From positions 1 through 59,836 of IMG/VR virus record IMGVR_UViG_3300014838_000022: DNA of 59,836 bases, one strand, 5' to 3'. The position numbers and the translations under genes were made by a program. The stretch comes from a virus. Lineage: Duplodnaviria > Caudoviricetes. Position 1 is the stretch's first letter, and each line of letters starts with the position of its first letter. The notes below the pieces were generated by a model. The model did not search any database. It saw nothing but the letters and a program-made list of their open reading frames with translations, and was not told the origin of the DNA. Of this stretch, positions 1 through 9,135 are shown piece by piece.

Positions 1-143
1 ATCTCCCAAGGCGTTAATTCCTGTAGAACTCACAGTATTTGGTTTTGTCTTCATATATAAATACACTTCATTTTAACAAAAAGTCAAAAAATCTTTAACT
101 TTCTTTAGATATTTTAGACTAAATGATAACTGTTGTCAACCCT
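1..143 (-). mobile_element. End of a short repeated element (putative non-autonomous IS607/TnpB derivative), inverted copy of 59714-59836
   Basis: 21-143 is the reverse complement of 59714-59836 (122/123 identical). It begins AGGG|TTGACAAC and contains an ATG at 54 encoding MKTKPNTVSSTGINALGD, which resembles a TnpB C-terminal tail overlapping the omegaRNA. Confidence 0.6.
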
Positions 144-349
144 TCCCGCATTTCACAAATTTGAGTGCAATAAAGCTCCCGAACTAACCATCCATAATCA
201 TTTATAAATGACTCTACTGCTTCATCTCTAGATTGAATCTTCCGTAAATATTTATGCTCATCCAAATGCCTACGGATAATTTCATATTGAATCCGCATGA
301 AGTCATTAAAACGTTGACACGAATCAGACGACATAAATTGGTAGTTCAA
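119..349 (-). CDS. Hypothetical protein whose C-terminus is supplied by the repeated element
   Basis: 76-aa ORF coupled (ATGA overlap) to the upstream HNH gene. The last residues LTTVII* lie inside the repeat. Confidence 0.6.
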   Translation of the reverse strand: MNYQFMSSDSCQRFNDFMRIQYEIIRRHLDEHKYLRKIQSRDEAVESFINDYGWLVRELYCTQICEMREGLTTVII

Positions 350-798
350 GCCATTTCATTTCGCAATAAATTACTTCTGAAATAAGAAAACTGTTCAGAC
401 GTTTTTATTCTATGACAATTAGCACAACGAATATCACATTTTCCAATTTCCATTAAAACTCGTTTCCAATTACGTTGCCTTAACATTCGAGATATTCCGT
501 TTGTTTTTACTGATGGGTCTCTATGGTCAAACTCAAGCACTCGAACATCACGTATTCCACAGTCTATACACTTCTTATCTTTCAAATAATCAAACAGACA
601 TTTTTGATTAATGTTAGTATAGACTCGTCGTTGTTGTCTTGCTCTTAAAACATACGACGGTTTATTTTTTGTATAGTGAAGTTTTGAATATTCACATTGA
701 CATATTTTACATTTCGATGCCCGACTGCCTGTGCCTTCATTTCGAAATGCAAATTCGGTTTCTGGTTTTGATTGATTACAACAACAACATATTTTCAC
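346..798 (-). CDS. HNH endonuclease with N-terminal zinc ribbon
   Basis: CxxC...CKIC, CIDCG, LEFDHRDP and CANCHRIKT motifs. Confidence 0.85.
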   Translation of the reverse strand: MKICCCCNQSKPETEFAFRNEGTGSRASKCKICQCEYSKLHYTKNKPSYVLRARQQRRVYTNINQKCLFDYLKDKKCIDCGIRDVRVLEFDHRDPSVKTNGISRMLRQRNWKRVLMEIGKCDIRCANCHRIKTSEQFSYFRSNLLRNEMA

Positions 799-852
799 TC
801 CTATAAATAGAAATATATGGAGTCAAACATCAAAAAATAATTCTACTTCAAA

Positions 853-945
853 TGGTATCCCACCACGGTAACGATCCGTGCTCTTACGCTGATCTAGCGA
901 TTAACCGACTTATAAGGTCGGCGGCTTTCCTTAAGCTAGTGGGAC
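853..945 (-). tRNA. tRNA-Ile(UAU) with long variable arm
   Basis: Acceptor GTCCCAC/GTGGGAT-A-CCA; anticodon arm CCGAC-CTTATAA-GTCGG; extra stem CGCT-AGATC-AGCG; T arm CACGG-ATCGTTA-CCGTG. Confidence 0.8.
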
Positions 946-1105
946 GTATAAATGTGTTGGATGGTGATTTACATTATCACCTTTACAACTCGCAGTTAGG
1001 CTTGCCCAACAACGACAGAGTTCCTAAAACTCCGCTAAAATATTGCAATGCCAAGGAATTTTACAACTTTCCAATTCCTCAACATAGTCAAACAATATTA
1101 CAAAT

Positions 1106-1179
1106 TGGAGCCAGTTCTGAGAATCGAACTCAGGTTATTAGTTTACCAAACTAACGTAATGCCACTATACTAAACCGGC
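1106..1179 (-). tRNA. tRNA-Thr(GGU)
   Basis: Cloverleaf with TTAGT-TTGGTAA-ACTAA anticodon arm, GTTCGATTC T-loop and encoded CCA. Confidence 0.9.
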
Positions 1180-1183
1180 AAAT

Positions 1184-1257
1184 TGGAGCACCATGTCGGT
1201 ACTGGCCCGACTTCTTCTGCTTGGAAGGCAGATACATTACCTTTATGTTAATGGTGC
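1184..1257 (-). tRNA. tRNA-Gly(UCC), atypical T-loop
   Basis: GCACCAT/ATGGTGC-T-CCA acceptor; TCTGC-CTTCCAA-GCAGA; T-loop GCCAGTA instead of TTCRANY. Confidence 0.8.
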
Positions 1258-1412
1258 AATCATCGGTTTCATTTATCTAATGGTCAGAACTATTTCCGCT
1301 GACTCGGCATTTTCACCGATAAAATTTATATGATAGATTCGGCGACCGTATTTACATGCCATGAATTTTATGCCGAACTTGTCATTCCTTCGATGACACT
1401 ATCTATCAAAAT

Positions 1413-1488
1413 TGGAGGTAGTGAAGGGAATCGAACCCTCTCATAAAACTTGGCAAGTTTTCAGGCTAAACCATTACATCACACTACC
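1413..1488 (-). tRNA. tRNA-Gly(GCC)
   Basis: GGTAGTG/CACTACC-T-CCA; AAAAC-TTGCCAA-GTTTT; GGTTCGATTCC. Confidence 0.9.
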
Positions 1489-1495
1489 ATGAAAT

Positions 1496-1570
1496 TGGAG
1501 CACATGGAGAATTTTGAAATCTCGACGTTCACGTTGGAAGCGTGACATTCTGCCTCTGAATTACATGTGC
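1496..1570 (-). tRNA. tRNA-Gly(UCC)
   Basis: GCACATG/CATGTGC-T-CCA; TCACG-CTTCCAA-CGTGA; T-loop TTTCAAAA-like. Confidence 0.85.
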
Positions 1571-1627
1571 ATTAAATCTTGGAGGCGCTAGGCGTCTCCG
1601 TATGAGTTGCTATGCATCTCACAAAAT

Positions 1628-1700
1628 TGGAGCAACTAGTATGATTTTACATACATTTTCCACTTGGACAGTGGATGTCCTTTAATTAGACGACCATTGC
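1628..1700 (-). tRNA. Degenerate tRNA-Gly(UCC)
   Basis: TCCAC-TGTCCAA-GTGGA anticodon arm with G at position 33, mismatched acceptor stem, non-canonical T-loop, TCCA end. Confidence 0.6.
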
Positions 1701-1707
1701 ATTAAAT

Positions 1708-1781
1708 TGGTGGCAGATAACAGAATCGGACTGTTGACTTCGGCGTATGAAACCACTGTTATACCATTTAACTAATCTGCC
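1708..1781 (-). tRNA. tRNA with CAU anticodon (Met or Ile2)
   Basis: GGCAGAT/ATCTGCC-A-CCA; anticodon loop TTCATAC; T arm AACAG-TCCGATT-CTGTT. Confidence 0.8.
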
Positions 1782-1892
1782 ATACTCTACACCATAAATA
1801 TCTGTCCGTCAACTAAAATCTCATTTTCTTAAGACTTTTTTTAAAGTCCGCTTGTTAAGCGTGAGAATATTCTACCACATTTTCATTATTTG

Positions 1893-2387
1893 TCAAGCCC
1901 CAGTTGGAGGTTGTTCGGAATTATTTTGGGAAGATGCTTGTTTATAGAACATTATGAGTTCTTCATTGGTGTCTACATAATCCTGATAGACTTCATTGAT
2001 ATGGTTGTCTACCATACGAGTAATCTCCTTGGAGGCACTCGAAAGCTTCTTTGAATCTTTCAAATCCTTATCTGTGAACGCCGTATTTCCCATAATGTCA
2101 TATTCAATATCCTTTGCGGGGACTTCTCCTATGGCAATTTGGGCGTAAATGGAAACTTCTGGAAAAAACGTAATATCGTCATCAGTCGATACTTTAACCC
2201 GAATCAACGTATGGATTTGGTCTTTCCACTTGGTATCATCCAACCGTCCTTCGACGATGATTGGACGCACGAGAGGCACATATCCATCAGCTTTAAGCGA
2301 GAGTTGCCACTGGCTATCGGTTGTCCATCTATCATCCTTTAGGAGTTTGACAATCTGCAATAAAATGACTTGTGCTTTCTGGTTCAT
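1893..2387 (-). CDS. Hypothetical protein (likely start MNQKAQ)
   Basis: Long ORF. A TATTTAT motif just upstream of the internal ATG suggests the shorter start. Confidence 0.6.
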   Translation of the reverse strand: MNQKAQVILLQIVKLLKDDRWTTDSQWQLSLKADGYVPLVRPIIVEGRLDDTKWKDQIHTLIRVKVSTDDDITFFPEVSIYAQIAIGEVPAKDIEYDIMGNTAFTDKDLKDSKKLSSASKEITRMVDNHINEVYQDYVDTNEELIMFYKQASSQNNSEQPPTGA

Positions 2388-2406
2388 ACGTATATAAATA
2401 TCTACG

Positions 2407-2628
2407 TTAAATAGTTTCCACCTCATTGTCAGGTTCAATTCTATAGTAGACACTTGCATTGGTCCAAAACTCTCCACTTAAAATATGACCACCAAACGCA
2501 TCTCGTTTTATAAAAACACTTCCGAGCGGACGTGAGTCCTTCTTGTCACCTCGGTTATAAATAATTTCATCTCGGTTATTTGCACGAAACCGAGCACTAA
2601 TGGGTAATTCTTTGAATGTAGTTGTCAT
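2407..2628 (-). CDS. Hypothetical protein
   Basis: 73-aa ORF preceded by TATTTAT. Confidence 0.55.
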   Translation of the reverse strand: MTTTFKELPISARFRANNRDEIIYNRGDKKDSRPLGSVFIKRDAFGGHILSGEFWTNASVYYRIEPDNEVETI

Positions 2629-2660
2629 TTTAATAAATATTAGAATCCATTTTGATTGAA

Positions 2661-3035
2661 TTATAGTCCACGATCTTTTACTTCGGCTTCACTTAAATTA
2701 CCTATGGCATGAGCAAGTTCATGATAATAAATCTGTCGCACCGAGGCCATTGCAGCATCTATATCTTGATTGCAATCTTCATAAATTTGTCCGGCAAAAA
2801 TTACAATCGGACCACTTGTCCACGACATATAACACCCGAGGATTTTCCGGTTTTTCCATTGGTCAAGAGGCCATTGATACTTATCAACAATAACTTCAAT
2901 CTGACACGCTTTTGTTTTAACTGGTTCGGGAAGATCATCCATTGCTTTAGTGACTGTTTCGTCTACATAGTCAAACAACCCATCCCATTGTTCGTCAGTT
3001 AAAACAATCATACAATAATTGGTCCCTCCAACCAC
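2661..3035 (-). CDS. Minimal zincin-like metallopeptidase (DUF1025-like)
   Basis: ILGCY...IVIF...HELAHAIG (HExxH)...E...GL. Confidence 0.75.
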   Translation of the reverse strand: MVGGTNYCMIVLTDEQWDGLFDYVDETVTKAMDDLPEPVKTKACQIEVIVDKYQWPLDQWKNRKILGCYMSWTSGPIVIFAGQIYEDCNQDIDAAMASVRQIYYHELAHAIGNLSEAEVKDRGL

Positions 3036-3660
3036 CTGCCCGTAAACTCTGCAACATAGTCATCCCCTCCATTGGTACGGGACGGTTCAATGACCAATAG
3101 CACTATAATATCTATAGTATCAATATGACATGAATGCTCATATGCACCGACTTGCCACCCATAGAATCCGTATCCCTTGCCCTGGCTTTTTATTTTCCAA
3201 AACTTATCTCCCTTCTTGGGAGAATATCCACGACTGTTATACAGTTCAATCAATTCATCTTTTGACAATTTCTTTGCCAAGAACAGACGATCACGCTCTT
3301 TGAGCAAGGCACCAATATTTTTTTGAATGGATTCTAATTCGGGAGAAGTCATTAACTTCGCTTGTTCTTCAAGTCGTTTAATGGTTTCGGGATTTGCTTT
3401 TTTTAGGTGCATAGGATTTTGTTTTTTTTGGAGAATAGCCATAACCAATCTCTTGTTCCCACGCCATGCGGAACAATTCAACCAGCTTCAACGACCCCAT
3501 ATTTTTATGTTTTGTTAAAACCGTTATCAAGTCCATAACAAAACCACGTTCCCACGGGGGAAGAGATTCTATTTCAGAAAGTAATTGGTGTTGTTTGTTA
3601 TTCATATCAATGACCCTTTGGATCGGTCTGATGTTTTTGTAAATACTGTTCTGCTACCTG

Positions 3661-3924
3661 CTAACGTTGGCCAATTTTTGGCTCTTTATTTATCAAATTT
3701 AGTTTTTGTTGCCGAGGCAATTGTTTAATCTCATATTCCCGACTCATTGCCGCCGACTTGGTATCATACTCACAAGCCCAAACAAGTTTGCATGGACGCC
3801 GAGTCCGAGTATATTTCGCTCCTTTGCCTGCATTGTGAGTCTCCACCCGTTTCTGAACATCTGTTGTGTAGCCCGTATAAATAGTGCCATCTGCACAACG
3901 AAGCATATAAACATAGAAATTCAT
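3661..3924 (-). CDS. GIY-YIG nuclease (UPF0213/YazA-like)
   Basis: YVYMLRCADGTIYTGYT...HNAGKGAKYTR...AMSREYEIKQL. Confidence 0.92.
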   Translation of the reverse strand: MNFYVYMLRCADGTIYTGYTTDVQKRVETHNAGKGAKYTRTRRPCKLVWACEYDTKSAAMSREYEIKQLPRQQKLNLINKEPKIGQR

Positions 3925-4378
3925 AATTCAGCCATTATAGTGGCGTGAAATTTCTCAAACGCTTCATCCATCGCCTCGTCCTTAGCTTTATTATCATCCT
4001 CCGTTGATTCCCCAACAACTCGTTCAGCAACCCAAACCCTCTTGCTTTCAATGTCAACAATTTCACATATCCACGATCTCATTCCACATGAAATACTTTC
4101 AAACAGAACATGGTCTATTTTCAATCTTCACCTCGTGCCAGTCGATATTGTGCGGGAGATATACCATATAAAGATTTCAACTTGAATACCTCGGGTCTTG
4201 AAGGCGTCTTTTGCCAAAGTTTTTTCCAAAGATAATACACTTCTTTCTGTGAAGGTTTATGGTCAACATAAACGGACTCTGCCGCCCATTCGGACCATAC
4301 CTCGTATATCTGGTGATCGGTAATTCTTTTAAGCATAGATATATGCTATCACAGTATGACTGAACTGTCAATCATAAA

Positions 4379-4402
4379 AAGAGCGGCTTTTAAGCCGCTC
4401 TT
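4379..4402. terminator. Intrinsic terminator hairpin
   Basis: AAGAGCGGCTT-TT-AAGCCGCTCTT, with a T-run on the minus strand, downstream of the HD gene. Confidence 0.7.
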
Positions 4403-4445
4403 AGGGGCGTTTTGCCCTCCACCATTTGACGTTGCCGCCAAATTG

Positions 4446-4853
4446 TTAAGGTTCATCGAAAAACTTTAACGCTATGGCATACTTCTGACGAGCATGGTCC
4501 GAAGGCTGATCGTTTAAATTATCGTTAATATCCTTACGTTTAACCTCTAAAGCGTCAGGACTTGTCTTAATTGCTGTCCAATAATCCATATTGGACACCC
4601 CCTTGAGATGAGTCAAAAGACGCACAGCATCAATGATATAGCTCGGAAATCCCAATTTTATTAAATCCTCAATTGTAATGTGCGTATCTTCCGGAATATC
4701 ATGAAGAAATGCAATAGGCTTGAGACGGTCATCAACATTAAAAGCTATTCGGGTGGCGTGGCGGATTGCCCGAGAATCAAGTGGAAATGCACGATGAAGA
4801 ACTTCATCCGCAAGTTTAATCCATACACCTACTGTTTGTTCACTTGGTTTCAT
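4446..4853 (-). CDS. HD-domain hydrolase, RelA/SpoT (Mesh1/SAH)-like
   Basis: H...IAFLHDIPEDT...AVRLLTH...VKRKDINDN pattern. Confidence 0.75.
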   Translation of the reverse strand: MKPSEQTVGVWIKLADEVLHRAFPLDSRAIRHATRIAFNVDDRLKPIAFLHDIPEDTHITIEDLIKLGFPSYIIDAVRLLTHLKGVSNMDYWTAIKTSPDALEVKRKDINDNLNDQPSDHARQKYAIALKFFDEP

Positions 4854-6870
4854 CTTTGTGTAGTTTATACCAGTTTATAGTTTTTGTCAATCCTTCTTTC
4901 AAAGGAATTTGTGGACGCCAGTCCATATCAAATAAGCGAGACGTGTCTAGAATTCGCTTCGGAGTACCATCGGGCTTGGTTGTATCCCAAATTATTTCTC
5001 CCTTATACCCGATGATTTCAGCGATATTTCCCACAATATCTTTGATTGTGTAGTCCGTCCCATATCCAATGTTAATAATGCGTTCATCACTATATTTCTC
5101 CATTAAAAATATACAAGCATCCGCCATATCATCAACATAAAGAAACTCCCGCCGAGCATTCCCAGTCCCCCACACCGTGACAGTCGGAGCATCCTTTTCG
5201 GTTGCTTCGACAAAACGACGAATCAGTGCAGGGATTACGTGTGAGTAGGTAGGATGAAAATTATCATTCTCGCCGTAGAGATTGCACGGCATAACCGAAA
5301 TAAAATCACATCCATATTGTTTACGATACGCTTGACACATCTTTATACCCGCTATTTTTGCAATGGCATAGGCTTGATTGGTTGGTTCAAGCTCTCCCGT
5401 CAACAGTGACTCTTCTTTAACAGGGACTTCGGCATATTTTGGATATATGCAATTATGAACGGCAATTCCATTTGCAGTATAAGAATGATCGTTTTCTACG
5501 GATAAGTCATATACCATTTCCTCCGTATCAATATGATGAATATTTTTGACTTTTATTTCCAAAAAATCACCATTGAAAGTATGATTTATTCGAGGTTTAT
5601 ATGATGGATGAAATTCGTCTATGTTTTCATTCAATATTTCTATTATAAATTTTATTGCATCTAAACCTACTATTTTCACTTCCCATTGAGACCGTTGATT
5701 TACAATTCTATTTTCAATAACACATGTTGGAGATTTCTTTTTATAATAAATTGTAGAAAAAATTCGCAATTTCAGCAATAGCTGTTGAAGTTGATATATT
5801 AGCTCTTTTGATGTAGAGGATGCTGTGCAGAAATATTGATTGTTTTTTCGATCAGTTCTCATTTTCCAATGCCCATCCCCACGCCAATATCCTTTCAGAA
5901 ATTTGGAAATAATTTCATTGGAAGAATTCATCATAAATTGAGGAATAAATTTTGTATGTGCTTTATGAATTAAATCGTCATTATAAAATGATCTGAAAAA
6001 ATTACACATGTCCTCCCCATTTACACAGATTTGCCAAGACGTTCGTTTTTTATACGAATGTGGATTTATTCCGAACACAGTTGAAATTTTAGAACATATA
6101 TCATCTTTAAATACTTCGTCGTGTCCCGGATAAAAAAATATATTGTGATATGATCCCCGTTTTCCGGATGCGTTTTGTCTAAGACATCCTTCCGCTACAA
6201 AATATCCACTTAATTCTGCTAAATCAGTTGTTATTTTGCGTTGGGACATATTATCTACCATTTTCAATTCGTCCGCTAATGGAATTAAAATTAAATCTTC
6301 TTTAGTTATATCCTTTGCTGCCACAAATCCACGTTTTGTATAAATCAAATGTTCTGGAGTACATGATAATTTATTCCATCCTTTAAAACCAATGACAATA
6401 AGTTTTTTATTAAAAACATTTGTTGTTGTTTTATAAACCTTCTGAAATTTATGCTGATGAGTTAGGACATAATCTCCAATTTTTACATCCACAATGTCCG
6501 TTATTCCTCGTCGTGTTATTATCATGGTTCCCATTGGAAAACAAACGCTACCTAAAAAACACAATTTTTTCACATCATATTTTCTACACGCCTCGATAAT
6601 ATTTGTTTGAATGGCCAAATTATTATAAATGAATTCCGCTGGCATAACATTGTTGGCATGTATTCCTCCAACTTTAGCTGCTGCATCGAAGATATATTCC
6701 GGTTGAACGTTACCCATCATGACCTCGACATCATCCTGACAAGTTAAATCAGCGTCTTTTCGTGTGATCGGAGTTACATTGTCATATCCCATCACCTTTA
6801 AACGACGAATAAGAGAACTTCCTACCAGTCCATTAGCTCCAAATACTACGATTTTACTTTTAGGATTCAT
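4840..6870 (-). CDS. fcl: GDP-L-fucose synthase interrupted by an intein
   Basis: GANGLVG Rossmann motif, AAAKVGGIHAN, YAIAKIAG (YxxxK), PCNLYG, HVIPAL, WGTG.ARREF, KPDGTPKR. Confidence 0.93.
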   Translation of the reverse strand: MNPKSKIVVFGANGLVGSSLIRRLKVMGYDNVTPITRKDADLTCQDDVEVMMGNVQPEYIFDAAAKVGGIHANNVMPAEFIYNNLAIQTNIIEACRKYDVKKLCFLGSVCFPMGTMIITRRGITDIVDVKIGDYVLTHQHKFQKVYKTTTNVFNKKLIVIGFKGWNKLSCTPEHLIYTKRGFVAAKDITKEDLILIPLADELKMVDNMSQRKITTDLAELSGYFVAEGCLRQNASGKRGSYHNIFFYPGHDEVFKDDICSKISTVFGINPHSYKKRTSWQICVNGEDMCNFFRSFYNDDLIHKAHTKFIPQFMMNSSNEIISKFLKGYWRGDGHWKMRTDRKNNQYFCTASSTSKELIYQLQQLLLKLRIFSTIYYKKKSPTCVIENRIVNQRSQWEVKIVGLDAIKFIIEILNENIDEFHPSYKPRINHTFNGDFLEIKVKNIHHIDTEEMVYDLSVENDHSYTANGIAVHNCIYPKYAEVPVKEESLLTGELEPTNQAYAIAKIAGIKMCQAYRKQYGCDFISVMPCNLYGENDNFHPTYSHVIPALIRRFVEATEKDAPTVTVWGTGNARREFLYVDDMADACIFLMEKYSDERIINIGYGTDYTIKDIVGNIAEIIGYKGEIIWDTTKPDGTPKRILDTSRLFDMDWRPQIPLKEGLTKTINWYKLHKDETK
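5452..6543 (-). mobile_element. Intein with LAGLIDADG homing endonuclease (364 aa)
   Basis: Begins CFPMGT and ends VYDLSVENDHSYTANGIAVHN|C; internal LSGYFVAEG and FLKGYWRGDG motifs. Confidence 0.93.
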
Positions 6871-7022
6871 ATTTTATAACCTGTTTTGCAATTGGTAAAG
6901 CTGATTGTGCTAGATTATACATAACTACACTATATCTGTCAACTTTTCTTAAAGGCATAATTTTAACTAGGGCATCGTCACGATCTCCAATAGAGATTTG
7001 TGGTGTAACTTTTGTAACCATT

Positions 7023-7397
7023 TCAATGAATGTAGATTTTTCGCTCACCGATGCCTAAACGGACAGTCTTCCGCAATCCTTGGGAAAATCCTTCACTTAA
7101 AAATGCACGGTCATCCACTAAACTAGGAGGAATCTCCCATCCAAATGAAATTTGAACGGAATCAGTTGGGAGATTGGGATAGCTATTACCTTTTTCACGC
7201 TGTTCAATATAATCCAAATCTTTTTTTCGTTGCTCATCAAGTCTTGCTTTTTCCGCTGCTTCCCATTGTTCTCGTTCAACTCGTTGTACTTTGACAACAT
7301 AATTGCACAAATCGTTTTCAGACATCCCTGCAAATTGTGGCAATTTTTTGAGTTGTGGAATATCCATATATTCCATATCGTTTCCATAGTAATTCAT
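7023..7397 (-). CDS. Hypothetical protein
   Basis: ORF coupled to the upstream ATP-grasp gene. Confidence 0.55.
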   Translation of the reverse strand: MNYYGNDMEYMDIPQLKKLPQFAGMSENDLCNYVVKVQRVEREQWEAAEKARLDEQRKKDLDYIEQREKGNSYPNLPTDSVQISFGWEIPPSLVDDRAFLSEGFSQGLRKTVRLGIGERKIYIH

Positions 7398-8179
7398 ACT
7401 TTTCCTTTCGTTGTTAATTCCATCCACCGAGACGAAATCATCTCAGCATAATGAATTGGATCAAGTCCATAGTTTCCCAAACAAATACCATCATTGATTT
7501 CTACCAATGCACTTAATGCATTAGACCCGGGAGATACCTTATGGTTAGCACCATCCGCTTGAATAATAACGCCCACGTCAAGTCCATACGCAATCGGTGC
7601 CACAGGTTTATATGCATCAATCATCTTCGTTACTTCAACATAAAATGGGGTCAACTGATAATCATATACTTCTTTTTGAAAGTATGGTTTCACTCCTACG
7701 ATTTCATTCTCGTGGACATAAATTCTCCATTCCGATACAAAGTTAACGGGATCACAAACAAAAACTTCATGCTCGGGATCAACCTTACCTGTTCGGATCG
7801 TATCAAGCAATGTGCTCAATACTGCTCCATTAAACTGCTTCTGAATGACAGGCTTGATGAACATATGTCCTTCCAATGCTGCTTCCCTAGCATCCGCCCA
7901 TTTTTTACGCTCCACATTGCGGTGCATAAAAGGCATAAGTTCGGTAGGATATGGATTAATGCCTACGTAATCCCACCCAAAGACTCGCTTTATTATTTTA
8001 CGACAGGAACCCACACCAGCAAACACGGGAGTCTCTGGCGTAACGTCGATAGTGTCTTCTTGGTCTTCCTCAAACTTTACTACTTCATATCCTATCTCAT
8101 CAAACCCCTTCCATGCAGCATAATAGTTTACATCAGGGAAATTTCCATTGCGAATTTTTACGTATGCTTTTTGCTTCAT
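7394..8179 (-). CDS. ATP-grasp domain protein (DUF4343/R2K-like)
   Basis: FIKP...KQFNG, VNFVSEWRIYV, AYGLDVG, LVEINDG..LGNYG. Confidence 0.8.
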   Translation of the reverse strand: MKQKAYVKIRNGNFPDVNYYAAWKGFDEIGYEVVKFEEDQEDTIDVTPETPVFAGVGSCRKIIKRVFGWDYVGINPYPTELMPFMHRNVERKKWADAREAALEGHMFIKPVIQKQFNGAVLSTLLDTIRTGKVDPEHEVFVCDPVNFVSEWRIYVHENEIVGVKPYFQKEVYDYQLTPFYVEVTKMIDAYKPVAPIAYGLDVGVIIQADGANHKVSPGSNALSALVEINDGICLGNYGLDPIHYAEMISSRWMELTTKGKV

Positions 8180-8712
8180 ATCTTTTTTGGTAATCTCGCT
8201 CCCCGAAAAAATACAGGGAACATATAGTTGTGAAACACATCTCCATTAGTATATTTATCATCCCATATACATGGGGAATCACTGAGACGGACTTCATACA
8301 CATAATGAAATTCTTGACGTTTCATCTCCTTAAGAATCATCGGCTTGAAAATATCTTTCTTATAATGATAGTCCCGCACATTATGAATGCCTCGACGAGT
8401 TCCACTATCAATATCATAATCTTTTATGAACCAAGGAGTAAACATCCATGTCTTCACTATCATTGGACGTTCCCATTCATCATCCTTAGACGTATATGAT
8501 TTCATTATTGGATTGTATGGATCATTCCATTGATGAATGAACGTAGGAAAAGTTACAAACACAACCCCGGCATCAGTTATTTCATCGGGGGTCCACAACC
8601 GTTCTGGAACAATGTCTGTAGAACTATATGTGCCAACCTTAGTCTCGGTGCTAATAAATGGAAATGCTGCCAATGAAACCGCAGCGGATTTGATAAACCT
8701 TCTTCTATTCAT
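8176..8712 (-). CDS. Hypothetical protein with twin-arginine-like N-terminus
   Basis: MNRRRFIKSAAVSLAAFP. Confidence 0.6.
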   Translation of the reverse strand: MNRRRFIKSAAVSLAAFPFISTETKVGTYSSTDIVPERLWTPDEITDAGVVFVTFPTFIHQWNDPYNPIMKSYTSKDDEWERPMIVKTWMFTPWFIKDYDIDSGTRRGIHNVRDYHYKKDIFKPMILKEMKRQEFHYVYEVRLSDSPCIWDDKYTNGDVFHNYMFPVFFRGARLPKKI

Positions 8713-8715
8713 AAC

Positions 8716-9132
8716 TTATGTGTGGTAGACTGGAAACTGTTCCATGCGTGTTTGCATCTTTTTGATAAGCATCAACAGGTATTTGTCATAATCTGTATCG
8801 ACATATGGTCCCTCCGAAATACCATCTTCAATACGTCTTTCTGCTAATGCAATATTATTCATTCGCTTATCCTTCAGAACGCCTTGAATAAAATCATATT
8901 CCGATGGCGTGAGGGTATTCTCGGCATTATCAATAGATTCAATGATTATATCAGTGTATTCGGGAAATAAAGTCTCTGCAATCATCAATGCATTTTCCTT
9001 TGTAAGAGGTGCTCCTCGGATTACAAAAGTATTCTTGATTCGAGAATACTGATGCTTGAAGTTGTGCGAGAACATCACACAATAGTTTTGTATTAAATTC
9101 TCAGTTCCGTTAAAACTTGTTGGGGGATTCAT
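8716..9132 (-). CDS. Hypothetical protein
   Basis: 138-aa ORF within a tightly packed operon. Confidence 0.6.
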   Translation of the reverse strand: MNPPTSFNGTENLIQNYCVMFSHNFKHQYSRIKNTFVIRGAPLTKENALMIAETLFPEYTDIIIESIDNAENTLTPSEYDFIQGVLKDKRMNNIALAERRIEDGISEGPYVDTDYDKYLLMLIKKMQTRMEQFPVYHT

Positions 9133-9135
9133 ATA

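Noticed and set aside
1-143. Terminal inverted repeats of a complete linear replicon
   Set aside because: The repeats cut into gene ends, the left copy extends 20 nt further, and no polymerase, capsid or terminase gene is present. A repeat-induced break in a larger genome is more likely.
852-1154. 100-aa plus-strand ORF
   Set aside because: It lies antisense to clear tRNA genes and is a shadow ORF.
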